From positions 1,749 to 65,748 of the IMG/VR virus record IMGVR_UViG_2690315620_000001: 64,000 nucleotides of DNA. One strand, given 5' to 3'. The notes beneath the pieces are model-generated. The model worked only from the letters and a program-made list of their open reading frames with translations, searched no databases and was not told the origin of the DNA. Shown here piece after piece: positions 9,448 through 19,235 of this stretch. Each line of letters starts with the position of its first letter. The stretch's first letter is position 1. The stretch comes from a virus (Duplodnaviria; Caudoviricetes). The position numbers and the translations under genes are program-made.

Positions 9448-9813
9448 TTATCGCACCACCTTATCGATTACGTGGTATAGTTGTCCGTCGTTTGTTTCGA
9501 GTACAAATACTTCGTCGTCTACCGCAACATAGCCGTCCTTAAACGTAATTTGCATATCAACGCCACTGAATGCGCCTGTCACACCGTTAAATGTAGCCGT
9601 CCCTTTAACGTCAGCTTTGCGCTCATGCGGTAATATCGATTGCATTATGACTAGCGAATCCATTTCGATGTCGTCTGCGTCGCCTTCGATTCTAATAGCG
9701 AAGGGGCTAACGGACGTAACCTTTGCGATGTGCGTACGCATTTCTACGTTGTGGCCGTACTTACCGATTAAATTAACAAGCCGTGCGCCTGCGTTTCCTT
9801 CTTCGCGTCCTAT
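9448..9813 (-). CDS. Baseplate spike XkdR-like (DUF2577), probable ATA start
   Basis: Track start at 9741 has no RBS; GGAGGGG-6nt-ATA at 9813 is in frame and adds (M)GREEGNAGARLVNLIGKYGHNVE. Confidence 0.7.
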   Translation of the reverse strand: MGREEGNAGARLVNLIGKYGHNVEMRTHIAKVTSVSPFAIRIEGDADDIEMDSLVIMQSILPHERKADVKGTATFNGVTGAFSGVDMQITFKDGYVAVDDEVFVLETNDGQLYHVIDKVVR

Positions 9814-9828
9814 CGTAATCCCCTCCGT

Positions 9829-10914
9829 CTATTTTTTCGTAGTAGCTTTCGCATCTTTATCGTCTTTGTCCGTTTTCTTCGCGTCTTTTTTCGCTTTCTT
9901 TTTCTTCGGCTTCTGCGGCTTTTCAATTCCGAGTTCTTCGTCGCTTATTTCGATTTTAGGTAAATCGAGTGACGCGCTAATTTCGAGTTTCATTTCGTGC
10001 TTGCCGTCGCTGAACGTGTGGGAATCGCTTGTGACGTAGTAACCGCCGGCAAGCCCCGTCATAGGCTCGCGTACATAAACGCCACAACCCGTAACTACGT
10101 CGATGATACCGATTGCAGAAACGGACGCTTGATCGTTTAGAACGTTAAGCTCTTTTAATAACGATTCGGCGCGTTGTTTAACCTGTGAAGTCGTCGCCTT
10201 TTCGTCCATTTCTTCGTAATGTTGCATGATTCCGTAAAGTTTCTGCGATGCAACGGATTTCGCCGTATGAGTAAGTTTGTTATCTTTACCGCCGACTACT
10301 TGAACTTGCGTTTTCGTGTCCTCCATCGAAATCGAATAGCTTGCGCTCGTTAAGTTCGAGCCTGCTGCGAGTATCCACGGAGTTACGTTATTCTTGTGTT
10401 GCATTAGCGTTAATTTGCCGTCTACATTACCGAAGAAGAATCTCTTTTTCGTCTGCTTATACGTAAGGTACATCGCTTTCTGCATCATGTCGTACAACGA
10501 ATGATTACGAAGAATCAACTTTGGAATAACGTAACCTGTATCCTCGATATTGCCGACAGGTATGCCGAAGTCCTTCGCTAGCTGTTTAACGATTTCAGAC
10601 GCCTTCTTATTCTTAAACTGCCGAGTAGCTTTCGATTTTAATGTATAGTAGTTTCGGTCGTAGCACGTTACGGTCATATTGCCGCTTTCATTAATATCCG
10701 TATCAAATACGCTTCCTACGAATATCCGCTTATTATTGATGAAATACTGAATCGCTTCGCCGTTACTCACTGCGAAAGCTTTATAGCGCCCGTCTATCGT
10801 ATTTTTAAATTGCAACGTTAGCGTTCGGTTAGGCTTTTCGCTATGTCCCGACCAGGTAGCCGAAGTAAGAAAGTCCGCGATGTCGATGTCGCGGATTAAG
10901 AGTCGCGTACTCAC
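9829..10914 (-). CDS. Baseplate hub XkdQ-like
   Basis: Size, position, KASEI...FGIPVG.IEDTGYVIP motif. Confidence 0.85.
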   Translation of the reverse strand: MSTRLLIRDIDIADFLTSATWSGHSEKPNRTLTLQFKNTIDGRYKAFAVSNGEAIQYFINNKRIFVGSVFDTDINESGNMTVTCYDRNYYTLKSKATRQFKNKKASEIVKQLAKDFGIPVGNIEDTGYVIPKLILRNHSLYDMMQKAMYLTYKQTKKRFFFGNVDGKLTLMQHKNNVTPWILAAGSNLTSASYSISMEDTKTQVQVVGGKDNKLTHTAKSVASQKLYGIMQHYEEMDEKATTSQVKQRAESLLKELNVLNDQASVSAIGIIDVVTGCGVYVREPMTGLAGGYYVTSDSHTFSDGKHEMKLEISASLDLPKIEISDEELGIEKPQKPKKKKAKKDAKKTDKDDKDAKATTKK

Positions 10915-11567
10915 GGCAGCACCAACTTTTGACCGGGCTTAATTACGTTCGGATTCTTGCCGATTGTCGCTTTATTAGCTTCGTAGATTTTCTTAAAATC
11001 AGCGCCATTTCCGTAAGTCCGTTTAGCAATCGCCCATAATGTGTCGCCCTTCTTAACCGTGTGTGATTTCGGTGCTTTTTTATCTTGCGTTGGTCTAGAT
11101 GCCCCTGCCGCCTTTACTACGTTTGCTTTCTTTTCGACTTTCCTTACGGATGGCTCGCGATATTCTACTGCCGTTAAACTGTAAAAAATATCGCCAACGT
11201 GACCGGCACGCTCCGGTTGTATTTCGAATGATTCGATAAGAACTGGAATACTTACGTTTGTTCCCGTGATTAATAAGCGGATGCTTTTACGAGTATCGCG
11301 CCACGTTTCGAGTTGTAACACCCAACTGCGTGCGTTCATAAAGTCGCTGTATTCGCAATAAGCGGGATTATAGTCGCGAGGAAAGAACGATTCGAACGAT
11401 ACCGTTTTTAATCCACGTTCGCCGGGTATCGTAACTTCGCCGAGACTTGCTACGTTTACCTTCGATACTCCATACGGTGAAGTTACGGTGAACTCCGAAG
11501 GATTAACGGGTAATCGGAGGTATAATCCTTCGCGATCTTTGAGCCAAAACTGAATCGGATTTGTCAT
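10911..11567 (-). CDS. LysM tail protein XkdP-like
   Basis: LPVNP, SFFP motifs; C-terminal LysM HTVKKGDTLWAIAK. Confidence 0.9.
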   Translation of the reverse strand: MTNPIQFWLKDREGLYLRLPVNPSEFTVTSPYGVSKVNVASLGEVTIPGERGLKTVSFESFFPRDYNPAYCEYSDFMNARSWVLQLETWRDTRKSIRLLITGTNVSIPVLIESFEIQPERAGHVGDIFYSLTAVEYREPSVRKVEKKANVVKAAGASRPTQDKKAPKSHTVKKGDTLWAIAKRTYGNGADFKKIYEANKATIGKNPNVIKPGQKLVLP

Positions 11568-13903
11568 ACCATCTGATACCCCTCTCGTTCGATTAATCTC
11601 GCTATTTCCATCGCAACTGCTTCAATGTCCGACTCTTGGCGCACATGGAACGTGTTACCCGATATCGAAATATCTCCGCGACCGCCTTCGGAATTACCAC
11701 CGCCGGTAGGCGCCATTGCTCCGCCATAAGAAACGCCGCTCATTACGCGGTCATAGTCGTCCGCTTCAAAACGATTTAACACACGCTCGCCTTGATGCAG
11801 TCTAGCTACGTAATTATCGTAAGGCACGCGCTCTAGTCCGTTATAATGTCCAGGTAATAAGTTACCAGCGAATTCCACCGCCTTACCGCCAACTTTCGAG
11901 AACCAATCCGGCACTTTTACGCCTTTTAGCAAGTCCGCAAATGTACGGACGTAGCCCGCCGCTGTGCTGATGTAGCCTCCGATAGTTTCGAAAACTCCGC
12001 CGACTTTACTTAGCACTGGCATTACTTTGTCTAGTACAACGAGAAGCCCCGACGTCCAATAATCGACGAACGGTTTTAAAATCGTATCCCATAACCACTT
12101 AATGATTACTCCTAAAACTTCGAAAGCCGCGCCAAGTAGCGAAATTACCGGTCCCATTACTTTCCAAAGATTCGCCGCTAATGTCGTTACGATTAAAAGT
12201 GCAGGCGCAATAATATTGTTAAACGCCATTACAGCGATGTCACCTACGATTTTTAATGCGTTGCCAAGTAGCGAAAGCATCGGACCAACTAGCGACCAAA
12301 GCGCTGTTAATGCGCTCATGACGATTGATTTCACGTTCTCAAAAACTCCGCCGAGCATAATCACGGTCGGCTGTAACTCCGTCCATTTAGCCGATAGATA
12401 CGCCATGAAATCGGAAGCCGCCGCCTTTACTGCGTTTATAAAGTTGAAAATACCCGCTATTGTTTCGTTGGAAAATCCGAGTTTCGCGAGCATAACCGAT
12501 CCGTCCGTCTGGCTTCCTGTAGCTATCGTAAATAACGCCTTCACCGTATCGACTACGCGTGAAATCGCATTGCGGAATTGTTCGCTACCTTTATACGCTG
12601 CCATGAAGCCTATTCCGATTGCCGTGATTCCTAGCGCAATTAATCCGATTGGTCCTGTGATAAATGCGATTACTGCGCTAATGCCCGTGAAAATTCCCGC
12701 TAGTGCGCCGATGCCGAATAGTGCCGTAGCGAGTACGCCTAACCCTGCCGCGACGGGCGTCAATATTGGCGATATTTTCGACCAATTATCGATGATATAA
12801 TTAACGGCCTTCTCCGAAGCTGCCCCGAATTTCTCGATTTGTTCGAGAATCGGATTGAAGTCAATTTCCGATACAAACCTCGCTATTGCTACGACAGGTT
12901 CTTCGAGTGCGTCTCCTATTCGGATTGCGAGCGATTCAAATGTACCGCCCATTTCTTCGAAGGCTCCGCCGATTCCAGACATCATCTTAGCGGCGGTTTC
13001 TGCTGCGGCTCCGTCCGATTCAACGAGCGCCTTAGTAAATTCGTCTAGCTTATCGGGTCCCGCGTCTAGTAACGATAGGAACGCCGAAACTCCTTCGGTC
13101 CCTACTAGGTCTTTCAGTACGCCTACTTTTCCGCTAGCTGTCATGCCTTCGAGACTAGCGCCGAGGTCTCGCATCATTTCCGATAATGACTTCGTACTAC
13201 CATTCGCGTTATTTGCGCTGAATCCGATTTTATCCATTAACTTCGACTGTTTTTTAAGTGGTGATGCTAATGCCATTAATCCGCTTCGTAGCGCTGTACC
13301 GGCCGTCGAACCGTCAATACCTGCGTTGGTGATAAGTCCTACCGCTGCTGCCGTTTCTTCAAGCGAAATGCCTAATGCGGCTGCCGGTGCCCCTGCGTAT
13401 TTGAACGCGTAACTAAGGTCCATTATGCCCGCTGCGGATACGTTCGCTGCCATTGCCAGTACGTCCGCAACATGCGTAGATTCCGCCGCTTCGAGCGACC
13501 ATATATTAAGAGCCGACGATACTGTGTCCGCTGCTAATGCTAAATCTTCTGCGGATGCTTCGGACGCTGCGATAATACCGGGCATGGCTGCGATAACTTG
13601 ATTAGCGTCGAATCCATTTGCGGCTAAATCCGCCATTGCGTCCGCAACTTCCGTCGCTCCTTTTGACGTATCAGCGCCTAGCTGAATTGCCGACTCTCGC
13701 ATAGCGTCTAATTCCGAAGCACTTGCGCCGGCAATTGCGCCAGCTTTTCGTAAAGCATCGTCAAACGACGTGAATTCCTTTATTGCGTACGCTGCGCCCG
13801 CTGTGATTGCTGCGAAACTTGCCGCTGAGCCTACGGTTAGCTTGTTAAGTGATGCGGTCATTTGATCGTCGAGCATGAGTCGTGCGACTAAATCGATTGC
13901 CAT
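11564..13903 (-). CDS. Tape measure protein
   Basis: Ala/Gly-rich helical 779 aa; GSTAGTALRS core; C-terminal GLERVPYDNYVARLHQGERVL. Confidence 0.93.
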   Translation of the reverse strand: MAIDLVARLMLDDQMTASLNKLTVGSAASFAAITAGAAYAIKEFTSFDDALRKAGAIAGASASELDAMRESAIQLGADTSKGATEVADAMADLAANGFDANQVIAAMPGIIAASEASAEDLALAADTVSSALNIWSLEAAESTHVADVLAMAANVSAAGIMDLSYAFKYAGAPAAALGISLEETAAAVGLITNAGIDGSTAGTALRSGLMALASPLKKQSKLMDKIGFSANNANGSTKSLSEMMRDLGASLEGMTASGKVGVLKDLVGTEGVSAFLSLLDAGPDKLDEFTKALVESDGAAAETAAKMMSGIGGAFEEMGGTFESLAIRIGDALEEPVVAIARFVSEIDFNPILEQIEKFGAASEKAVNYIIDNWSKISPILTPVAAGLGVLATALFGIGALAGIFTGISAVIAFITGPIGLIALGITAIGIGFMAAYKGSEQFRNAISRVVDTVKALFTIATGSQTDGSVMLAKLGFSNETIAGIFNFINAVKAAASDFMAYLSAKWTELQPTVIMLGGVFENVKSIVMSALTALWSLVGPMLSLLGNALKIVGDIAVMAFNNIIAPALLIVTTLAANLWKVMGPVISLLGAAFEVLGVIIKWLWDTILKPFVDYWTSGLLVVLDKVMPVLSKVGGVFETIGGYISTAAGYVRTFADLLKGVKVPDWFSKVGGKAVEFAGNLLPGHYNGLERVPYDNYVARLHQGERVLNRFEADDYDRVMSGVSYGGAMAPTGGGNSEGGRGDISISGNTFHVRQESDIEAVAMEIARLIEREGYQMV

Positions 13904-13906
13904 TTC

Positions 13907-14092
13907 CTATTTTCCTCCCCTCTTCCGTTTTTTCTCCGCTTCGACTTCTTCGTCGATAACGAGTAATTCCGACGCATACATGAACGCCTTATGACGTTCT
14001 TCTTTCGCGTAGAATTCGTCGGGTGCTATGTGATGCCGTTGGAATATGCGGTGGATTAGCGCTGCCTCTCCGCCCGCCTTGATTAGTTTTTT
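13907..14092 (-). CDS. -1 frameshift extension of tail assembly chaperone (gpGT-like)
   Basis: Slippery A AAA AAC at 14092-14086 before TAA; -1 frame reads KLIKAGGEAALIHRIFQRHHIAPDEFY...KRGGK to TAG at 13907. Confidence 0.85.
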   Translation of the reverse strand, partial: KKLIKAGGEAALIHRIFQRHHIAPDEFYAKEERHKAFMYASELLVIDEEVEAEKKRKRGGK

Positions 14093-14478
14093 GCCGCTTC
14101 AATCTCCGTCGCATCGCCTAATCCACTGACGTTAAGTACGACTTTCGTAACTGCTGCGATTTCTCCCGCTAGTAGCGCTTTTTGAATACAATCGGCTCCG
14201 TCACGCGCTCCGTAATGTTTTAGTAATGCCGCGTCGCTAAAGTTCGGCTCGATAATTGCTGCCGCTAACATAAGTCCGCTTAATTGCGATTGGTCGACGC
14301 GCTCCGTTTTATTGCCGTTCTTTCCGTCGTAAACGGTAGCTTCTGCGCTAAGTTTTTTTACGTGGTCGCCTGTTAGTGCGCGTACTTTGAATTCCGTATT
14401 CAGTCGTGGCATTTCGATTGTTTCTTCAATTTCCGTTGTTGCGCCTAGTAGCGCTTCTAATGCGTTCATTTTCGCCAT
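14083..14478 (-). CDS. Tail assembly chaperone XkdN-like
   Basis: PNFSD..L...YG...LLAGEI motif, ends AKN; between tube and tape measure. Confidence 0.88.
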   Translation of the reverse strand: MAKMNALEALLGATTEIEETIEMPRLNTEFKVRALTGDHVKKLSAEATVYDGKNGNKTERVDQSQLSGLMLAAAIIEPNFSDAALLKHYGARDGADCIQKALLAGEIAAVTKVVLNVSGLGDATEIEAAKN

Positions 14479-14559
14479 TTATAAAAACCTCCGTTGAGTT
14501 AGTTTTCGAATTAAAAAGACGACGCCATTACGACGCCGCCCTCCGTTCTTATTGCGTTA

Positions 14560-14985
14560 TTAGATGTACTCGTAACCTTCGTAAACGAACGGTAATTCTT
14601 CCTCGACTAGCGAGCCGTGTTCGAAGTTGATTACGGGAATTTGCGTAAACTGTACGCCTTTCAATACAACCCACTCCGCCGCTACGTCCGTATTTTCCGG
14701 ATCGTCTAAGTGAATGTGGATTTCCGTTACAAATGCGCCTTTGCGGTCGTCCATAATCTGACCGATAAGTTTCGCAAATTCGTTGTTCATTTTGTAGCTG
14801 TTAATCGTTCCGCTTGCGCTTACTGACATCGCTTTATGTCCGACCATGCGCGTACCCGAACGTTTAATATCTTCGTAGCTTACTTCCACCGACGCTTCAA
14901 TTCCGAAAGCGTTCGTTAGCCAAACGCCGTCGTGATAAATCTTTCCGTATGAACCGGAAATAGCTTTCGTAGAATCCATTGCCAT
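14560..14985 (-). CDS. Tail tube protein XkdM-like
   Basis: ISGSYGK, LDDPE, EEELPF motifs. Confidence 0.9.
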   Translation of the reverse strand: MAMDSTKAISGSYGKIYHDGVWLTNAFGIEASVEVSYEDIKRSGTRMVGHKAMSVSASGTINSYKMNNEFAKLIGQIMDDRKGAFVTEIHIHLDDPENTDVAAEWVVLKGVQFTQIPVINFEHGSLVEEELPFVYEGYEYI

Positions 14986-15019
14986 TTATGCGTCACTCCT
15001 TCGTTATATTTGCGTCTTT

Positions 15020-16090
15020 TTAGACGTTGATTGTTAAGAAAATACGTTCCATGCTGTCGACTTCTACGTAGCTAATCGCTAGGAATACGCTATCGCCAAC
15101 ACTTGGTCGTAGCGCGTCCAATTCGACTTTTGGCGCCATCAGTACGTTGTTAGTTTCTAACGTTTGTAAATACGCTTTGATTGCGCTGATTAATGCGACT
15201 TGTCCAGCCGGGTTGTTGTCGACTTTACCGATGTAGCGATTCTTCGCTGTTTCCGGAATATCCGTCGCAACTGCTTGACGCGCGCGCATGATGCGGATTT
15301 TACCGCGTTTAGACGTATCACTATCCGTTGTTACGCCCTGCTCGACTTTAATCGTTTTGCCATCGTTCACTAGTACCAAAGAGCCGCTAGTTAACGCCGT
15401 TACAATTTCGCTATTTTTCAAACGCTTGTTAACGTCTGCAAGTGGTAAATCTGCGTACGTAATCGACTTGTTAATCGGTGTGCCTGCGATAAGTCCTGCG
15501 ATGTACGTTGCGTAAACTGCTGACTCGATTTCGTCGCCTGCGCCTGTAATTCCGCCGACGATTAAGTTAACGATGTACTTGTCTTTTAAGCGTACTGAAC
15601 GCGCATTACCTACTGTCGGGTCTGCATCCTCTTCCGAAGTTCCGCCGAGTACCCATGCGAAGTGCTTACCTTCTTCGCGGTTGCGTTCAACCCACGCCTT
15701 AGTAGCGTCTTGCTCGTCCGGTGATACATTTTGCGGATATACAAATACGTTAAACGGACGCGCTTCGTATTGATCGCGAATATCTACGTACTGTAATGTC
15801 GCTTCTAGCTCCGGTACTGCGTAAACTAAAACCTCCGCCGCGCCGCCTTGTAATACGTTTAATACTGGCTTTGCGTTAACTGAGCCGAATAGTTCGACTG
15901 CATCCGCTTCACCTTCGATTGTGTAAAATTCGCCTGACTTCGCCGCACCGCCCGTATAATTAAATAACGGTAACGCTACAACTCCGCGTGGACCGCCCGT
16001 AATTGCCGCTAATGCCGCCTCTACGAAATTCAGATATAAACCGGGTCTGACCGGTAATGATATCGGGTCCCATTGTCCTCCGTTTGCCAT
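15020..16090 (-). CDS. Tail sheath protein XkdK-like
   Basis: RPGLYLNF, RGVVALP, YIGKVDN, DSMERIF motifs; start MANGG after GGAGG. Confidence 0.92.
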   Translation of the reverse strand: MANGGQWDPISLPVRPGLYLNFVEAALAAITGGPRGVVALPLFNYTGGAAKSGEFYTIEGEADAVELFGSVNAKPVLNVLQGGAAEVLVYAVPELEATLQYVDIRDQYEARPFNVFVYPQNVSPDEQDATKAWVERNREEGKHFAWVLGGTSEEDADPTVGNARSVRLKDKYIVNLIVGGITGAGDEIESAVYATYIAGLIAGTPINKSITYADLPLADVNKRLKNSEIVTALTSGSLVLVNDGKTIKVEQGVTTDSDTSKRGKIRIMRARQAVATDIPETAKNRYIGKVDNNPAGQVALISAIKAYLQTLETNNVLMAPKVELDALRPSVGDSVFLAISYVEVDSMERIFLTINV

Positions 16091-16671
16091 TAAATACCGC
16101 CTCCATTTTTTTCTTTTGCTACTTTCTCTAGTGCCGTTCGAAACTCGTTCCATGACGTACCGTTTACCTCTGCGTTCGAAACAGGATTAACTTCCACGTC
16201 CTCCCACATCGCTTGACCAGGTTCGGTATAAATCCGATGTTCGATGATTTGCATTTTCGGTACTGGCGCAAAGTAGCGCGCTTCCCTTACTTGCGCTTGT
16301 AGTACGCCGACTACCGCAAATACGCCGTCCGTATCCGTCTTGAACGGTTGCGAAATCGAAAAAGACCCTAGCGACATATAGCCGGTAGCGTCTTTAATCG
16401 GTATCTTTATTTGCTGATTTATTGCGCGCTGTAATAACGTTGCTCTCTGAATACATGCGATTTCTGTTGCCGCGAAATAAACGACTTGGTACTCGCGATC
16501 GATACGGAAATGGTACGCCGTTTCACTTTCGCTACTGTCGCCGAGATAGCGGATAGATAACTCATTCGCCGTATATTTAGGCGGTAAATGTTGCCGCCAT
16601 ACACGCGCAAATGTAGCGGTAGTACCGAGATATGTCGCGAGCGTTTCGATTTCCTGCGTTATATCCGCCAT
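16090..16671 (-). CDS. Tail completion/terminator protein
   Basis: Position between gp10-like and sheath genes. Confidence 0.6.
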   Translation of the reverse strand: MADITQEIETLATYLGTTATFARVWRQHLPPKYTANELSIRYLGDSSESETAYHFRIDREYQVVYFAATEIACIQRATLLQRAINQQIKIPIKDATGYMSLGSFSISQPFKTDTDGVFAVVGVLQAQVREARYFAPVPKMQIIEHRIYTEPGQAMWEDVEVNPVSNAEVNGTSWNEFRTALEKVAKEKNGGGI

Positions 16672-16672
16672 A

Positions 16673-17083
16673 CTACCACCCCTCGCTGCGTAACGCTTTT
16701 TCTACTTCTTCTTCGAGCCATTGCGCCCAATCTCCGATACGTGACTCCGCGGATTTATCGAGGAACTTCTTTTCGGTACCTGGCGTCAAAAGACTCTTAC
16801 CGCCTGCGTCCATTTCGTGAATATAGTAACCGTAGTTAAAACGCCCACCTTGCGTAGCGTTAGCGCGTATCTCGATATATCCGTTTGCGCCAGGCTCGAA
16901 TACCTCCGACTGTAGCTGACGACGTAGGTTACTCGAATCTAGCGGAGCAATATCGCGTGACTCTCGTACCCAATCGCGTTTAATATCGCCTAGCGCCACC
17001 GCCGCACCTTTATTGACCGCCTTCGGTGACTGCCGTAATGCTCGGTCAAGTCGCGTACGGTCAATATGGAATTCTTGCGCCAT
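16673..17083 (-). CDS. HK97 gp10-like neck/tail component
   Basis: APLDSSNLRR, YGYYIHE, KFL motifs. Confidence 0.8.
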   Translation of the reverse strand: MAQEFHIDRTRLDRALRQSPKAVNKGAAVALGDIKRDWVRESRDIAPLDSSNLRRQLQSEVFEPGANGYIEIRANATQGGRFNYGYYIHEMDAGGKSLLTPGTEKKFLDKSAESRIGDWAQWLEEEVEKALRSEGW

Positions 17084-17400
17084 TACAGATGCACCTCCGT
17101 TAATCCGGGCTTGCCGTCAATCATTCGGATAGGTGCGATAAGTTCCGGTGTACGTTCGACTGCCACGCCTAATTCGTTTGTGTAATTAATTACGTCGTCG
17201 TACGCAATATTCGGCAACTTATCGAAAATTAGTGACACGTTGCTTACGACCTCTTTTCCGAGACTATTGACGATAACTTTAACGGTTTCATCTGCGCGAC
17301 ATTTGAGTATAATCGTTTCGCCGGGTGTTCCGTTACCCCAATCGTCCATAGTGCCGGGCTTCGTAATCGTAGCCGTCTGTTTTAGCGGTATTAACGCCAT
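17083..17400 (-). CDS. Head closure/head-tail joining protein
   Basis: Start MALIPLKQ (TAATG coupling); DDWG, G.EVVS motifs; position. Confidence 0.65.
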   Translation of the reverse strand: MALIPLKQTATITKPGTMDDWGNGTPGETIILKCRADETVKVIVNSLGKEVVSNVSLIFDKLPNIAYDDVINYTNELGVAVERTPELIAPIRMIDGKPGLTEVHL

Positions 17401-17786
17401 TACAACGTCACCCACTTTATCGAGCGTCCTGCCGATAGATTGACGCCGTTTTCCGCGCCGATTAATTCGATTGCGTCCGCCGGTATAAATGCGTCGAGTT
17501 CCTTCTTCGCCCAATCCTTAAACGTAAACGCGATACCTTTTACGCTGAACGACGCTACGCCTTGTTGCGCCAATTTATTCGTATCGTTAAATGCGCCTGC
17601 TAGCGTCGCCGCGAAAAGGTAGTTCGCTTCGTCCGGTATTGTAAGCCCCGGAAATTTCCGTTTGAGTGTGCGGTCAGAAACGTTTAGTAGCGCTGTTTTA
17701 CGTTCTACGTCACCGTCGATAAAGTCCTCGTTGTCAAGCGTATTTAAACGGATATAAGCCGTTGCTGCTTCGATGTCCCGCGTCAT
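17400..17786 (-). CDS. Head-tail adaptor protein
   Basis: A.AY...QGV.SFSV.G pattern; position after capsid. Confidence 0.65.
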   Translation of the reverse strand: MTRDIEAATAYIRLNTLDNEDFIDGDVERKTALLNVSDRTLKRKFPGLTIPDEANYLFAATLAGAFNDTNKLAQQGVASFSVKGIAFTFKDWAKKELDAFIPADAIELIGAENGVNLSAGRSIKWVTL

Positions 17787-17800
17787 AAGTTACGCCTCCT

Positions 17801-18010
17801 TTATTTTGCGGAGGGCTTACGTGCGGGCGCTTTCGATGCCGGCTTTGCCTCCGTTTGTTTCGGTTCGTCTTGTTTGATTGCGTCGGAAACGCGCTCTAGT
17901 ACCGCGATTTCTTCTGCGTCGGTTGTTTCGTAAACGCCGTTCGAGAACGCCTTGTGTTCGCCATTAACGTAGAAGCCTAGCGATTTATATTTCGATATAT
18001 ACTTTGCCAT
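17801..18010 (-). CDS. Small head-associated protein
   Basis: 69 aa with F.NG.YETTD..EI motif directly after capsid. Confidence 0.6.
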   Translation of the reverse strand: MAKYISKYKSLGFYVNGEHKAFSNGVYETTDAEEIAVLERVSDAIKQDEPKQTEAKPASKAPARKPSAK

Positions 18011-18026
18011 CGTCTACCTCCTAACT

Positions 18027-18055
18027 AAAACGACGCAAACCGTTAAGTCTGCGTC
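18027..18055 (-). terminator. Terminator/attenuator after major capsid gene
   Basis: GACGCA...TGCGTC stem then GTTTT on minus strand. Confidence 0.55.
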
Positions 18056-18068
18056 ATAATAGCGTTAA

Positions 18069-19157
18069 TTATTTCAAGCCTTTGATGCGAGCGTGTGCTT
18101 TCTCTTGTTTGAACTCAAGTAAGAATTCGCCCACGATTTGACCTTCTACGTAGTCACCTTTAGCGCCTAAGTATTGGTGCGTGAAGTCACGGCCTTTAAG
18201 TGGTTTGATTTCCGTACGGTTAGCGTCGACAACAAATACTTCGTCAGCCGCTACGTTGTTATTAAGAACGATTTCCGCTGCGCCGAAGTCAGATAAGAAG
18301 TGGTCAACTACTTGGCCGCGTCCGTTATCTTGGCGTTCAAGTGTGATTTTGTCAGCGCCTAATTTCGAGATTGCACGTTTTTGTTTCGCGCCTACTACGA
18401 TTTTGTAGTTACCGCCAGTAGCGAATCCGCCAGCTTCGTAGATAGCTTGGAACGCGTCTGTCAACATATCTTCCGTTAAGTCTCCGCCTGCTGCGTTTTT
18501 AACGTTTGTTTGAATGAAGTTACGGATACCGCCAGTCTGACGCACTTTACCGTCACCTGATTCGTATTTAACTCCGTTGATTACCGCTTTTTCAAGTTGT
18601 AACGCTAGCTCTAATAATTTCTTTTGTTTTTCGTATTCGTATAGATCGTCGATACCGTGTTCAGACGTTGCTGCTGCCGTACCAGAAATCGAAATAGACT
18701 CGTCGAAGATTTGCGTTAAGTTAGATACGCGTTTACGTGATTTGAAACGAGCTTTACGAGCGTCTGCACCTTCTACGCCTTCTACGAATTGGAATTCGAC
18801 TTTAGCTGCGTTACCTACTGCTGCTGCCGTAGTTCCTGCATATCCGCGAGTAACCGTTAAGTCGTTAGCGTTTACTACTGTAACAAGCATTAATTCTTCG
18901 CCGACTTTAATAACGTGTTTAGCTTGGAAAATTGAACCGTCTGCTACTTTAATAGTAGTTGCATCAATTAGCGCCGTTGCAGTCGTAGTTGTTTCGTCTG
19001 CGTACATTTCGTCCTCGAACCATTGGTGCTCAACTTGTGATACTGATTCGCCGAAACCTACAAGCGATATCATTGGTGTTTGATGCGGATTAAGTAGTAA
19101 TAGTTCGTCTGTTACCGATTCTTTCTTGCCTACGATTTGGTTTTGTAAAATTGTCAT
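18069..19157 (-). CDS. Major capsid protein (DUF5309/SU10-like)
   Basis: HQWFED, NLTQIF...SGT, Q..K...LEKAVING motifs; highly biased codon usage. Confidence 0.9.
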   Translation of the reverse strand: MTILQNQIVGKKESVTDELLLLNPHQTPMISLVGFGESVSQVEHQWFEDEMYADETTTTATALIDATTIKVADGSIFQAKHVIKVGEELMLVTVVNANDLTVTRGYAGTTAAAVGNAAKVEFQFVEGVEGADARKARFKSRKRVSNLTQIFDESISISGTAAATSEHGIDDLYEYEKQKKLLELALQLEKAVINGVKYESGDGKVRQTGGIRNFIQTNVKNAAGGDLTEDMLTDAFQAIYEAGGFATGGNYKIVVGAKQKRAISKLGADKITLERQDNGRGQVVDHFLSDFGAAEIVLNNNVAADEVFVVDANRTEIKPLKGRDFTHQYLGAKGDYVEGQIVGEFLLEFKQEKAHARIKGLK

Positions 19158-19235
19158 TTAATATTCCTCCGTTGTATGTGTTTTTTGGGTATTCAAAAAG
19201 CCGCCGACATTTCGTCCGCGACCGTATTACTTCGT

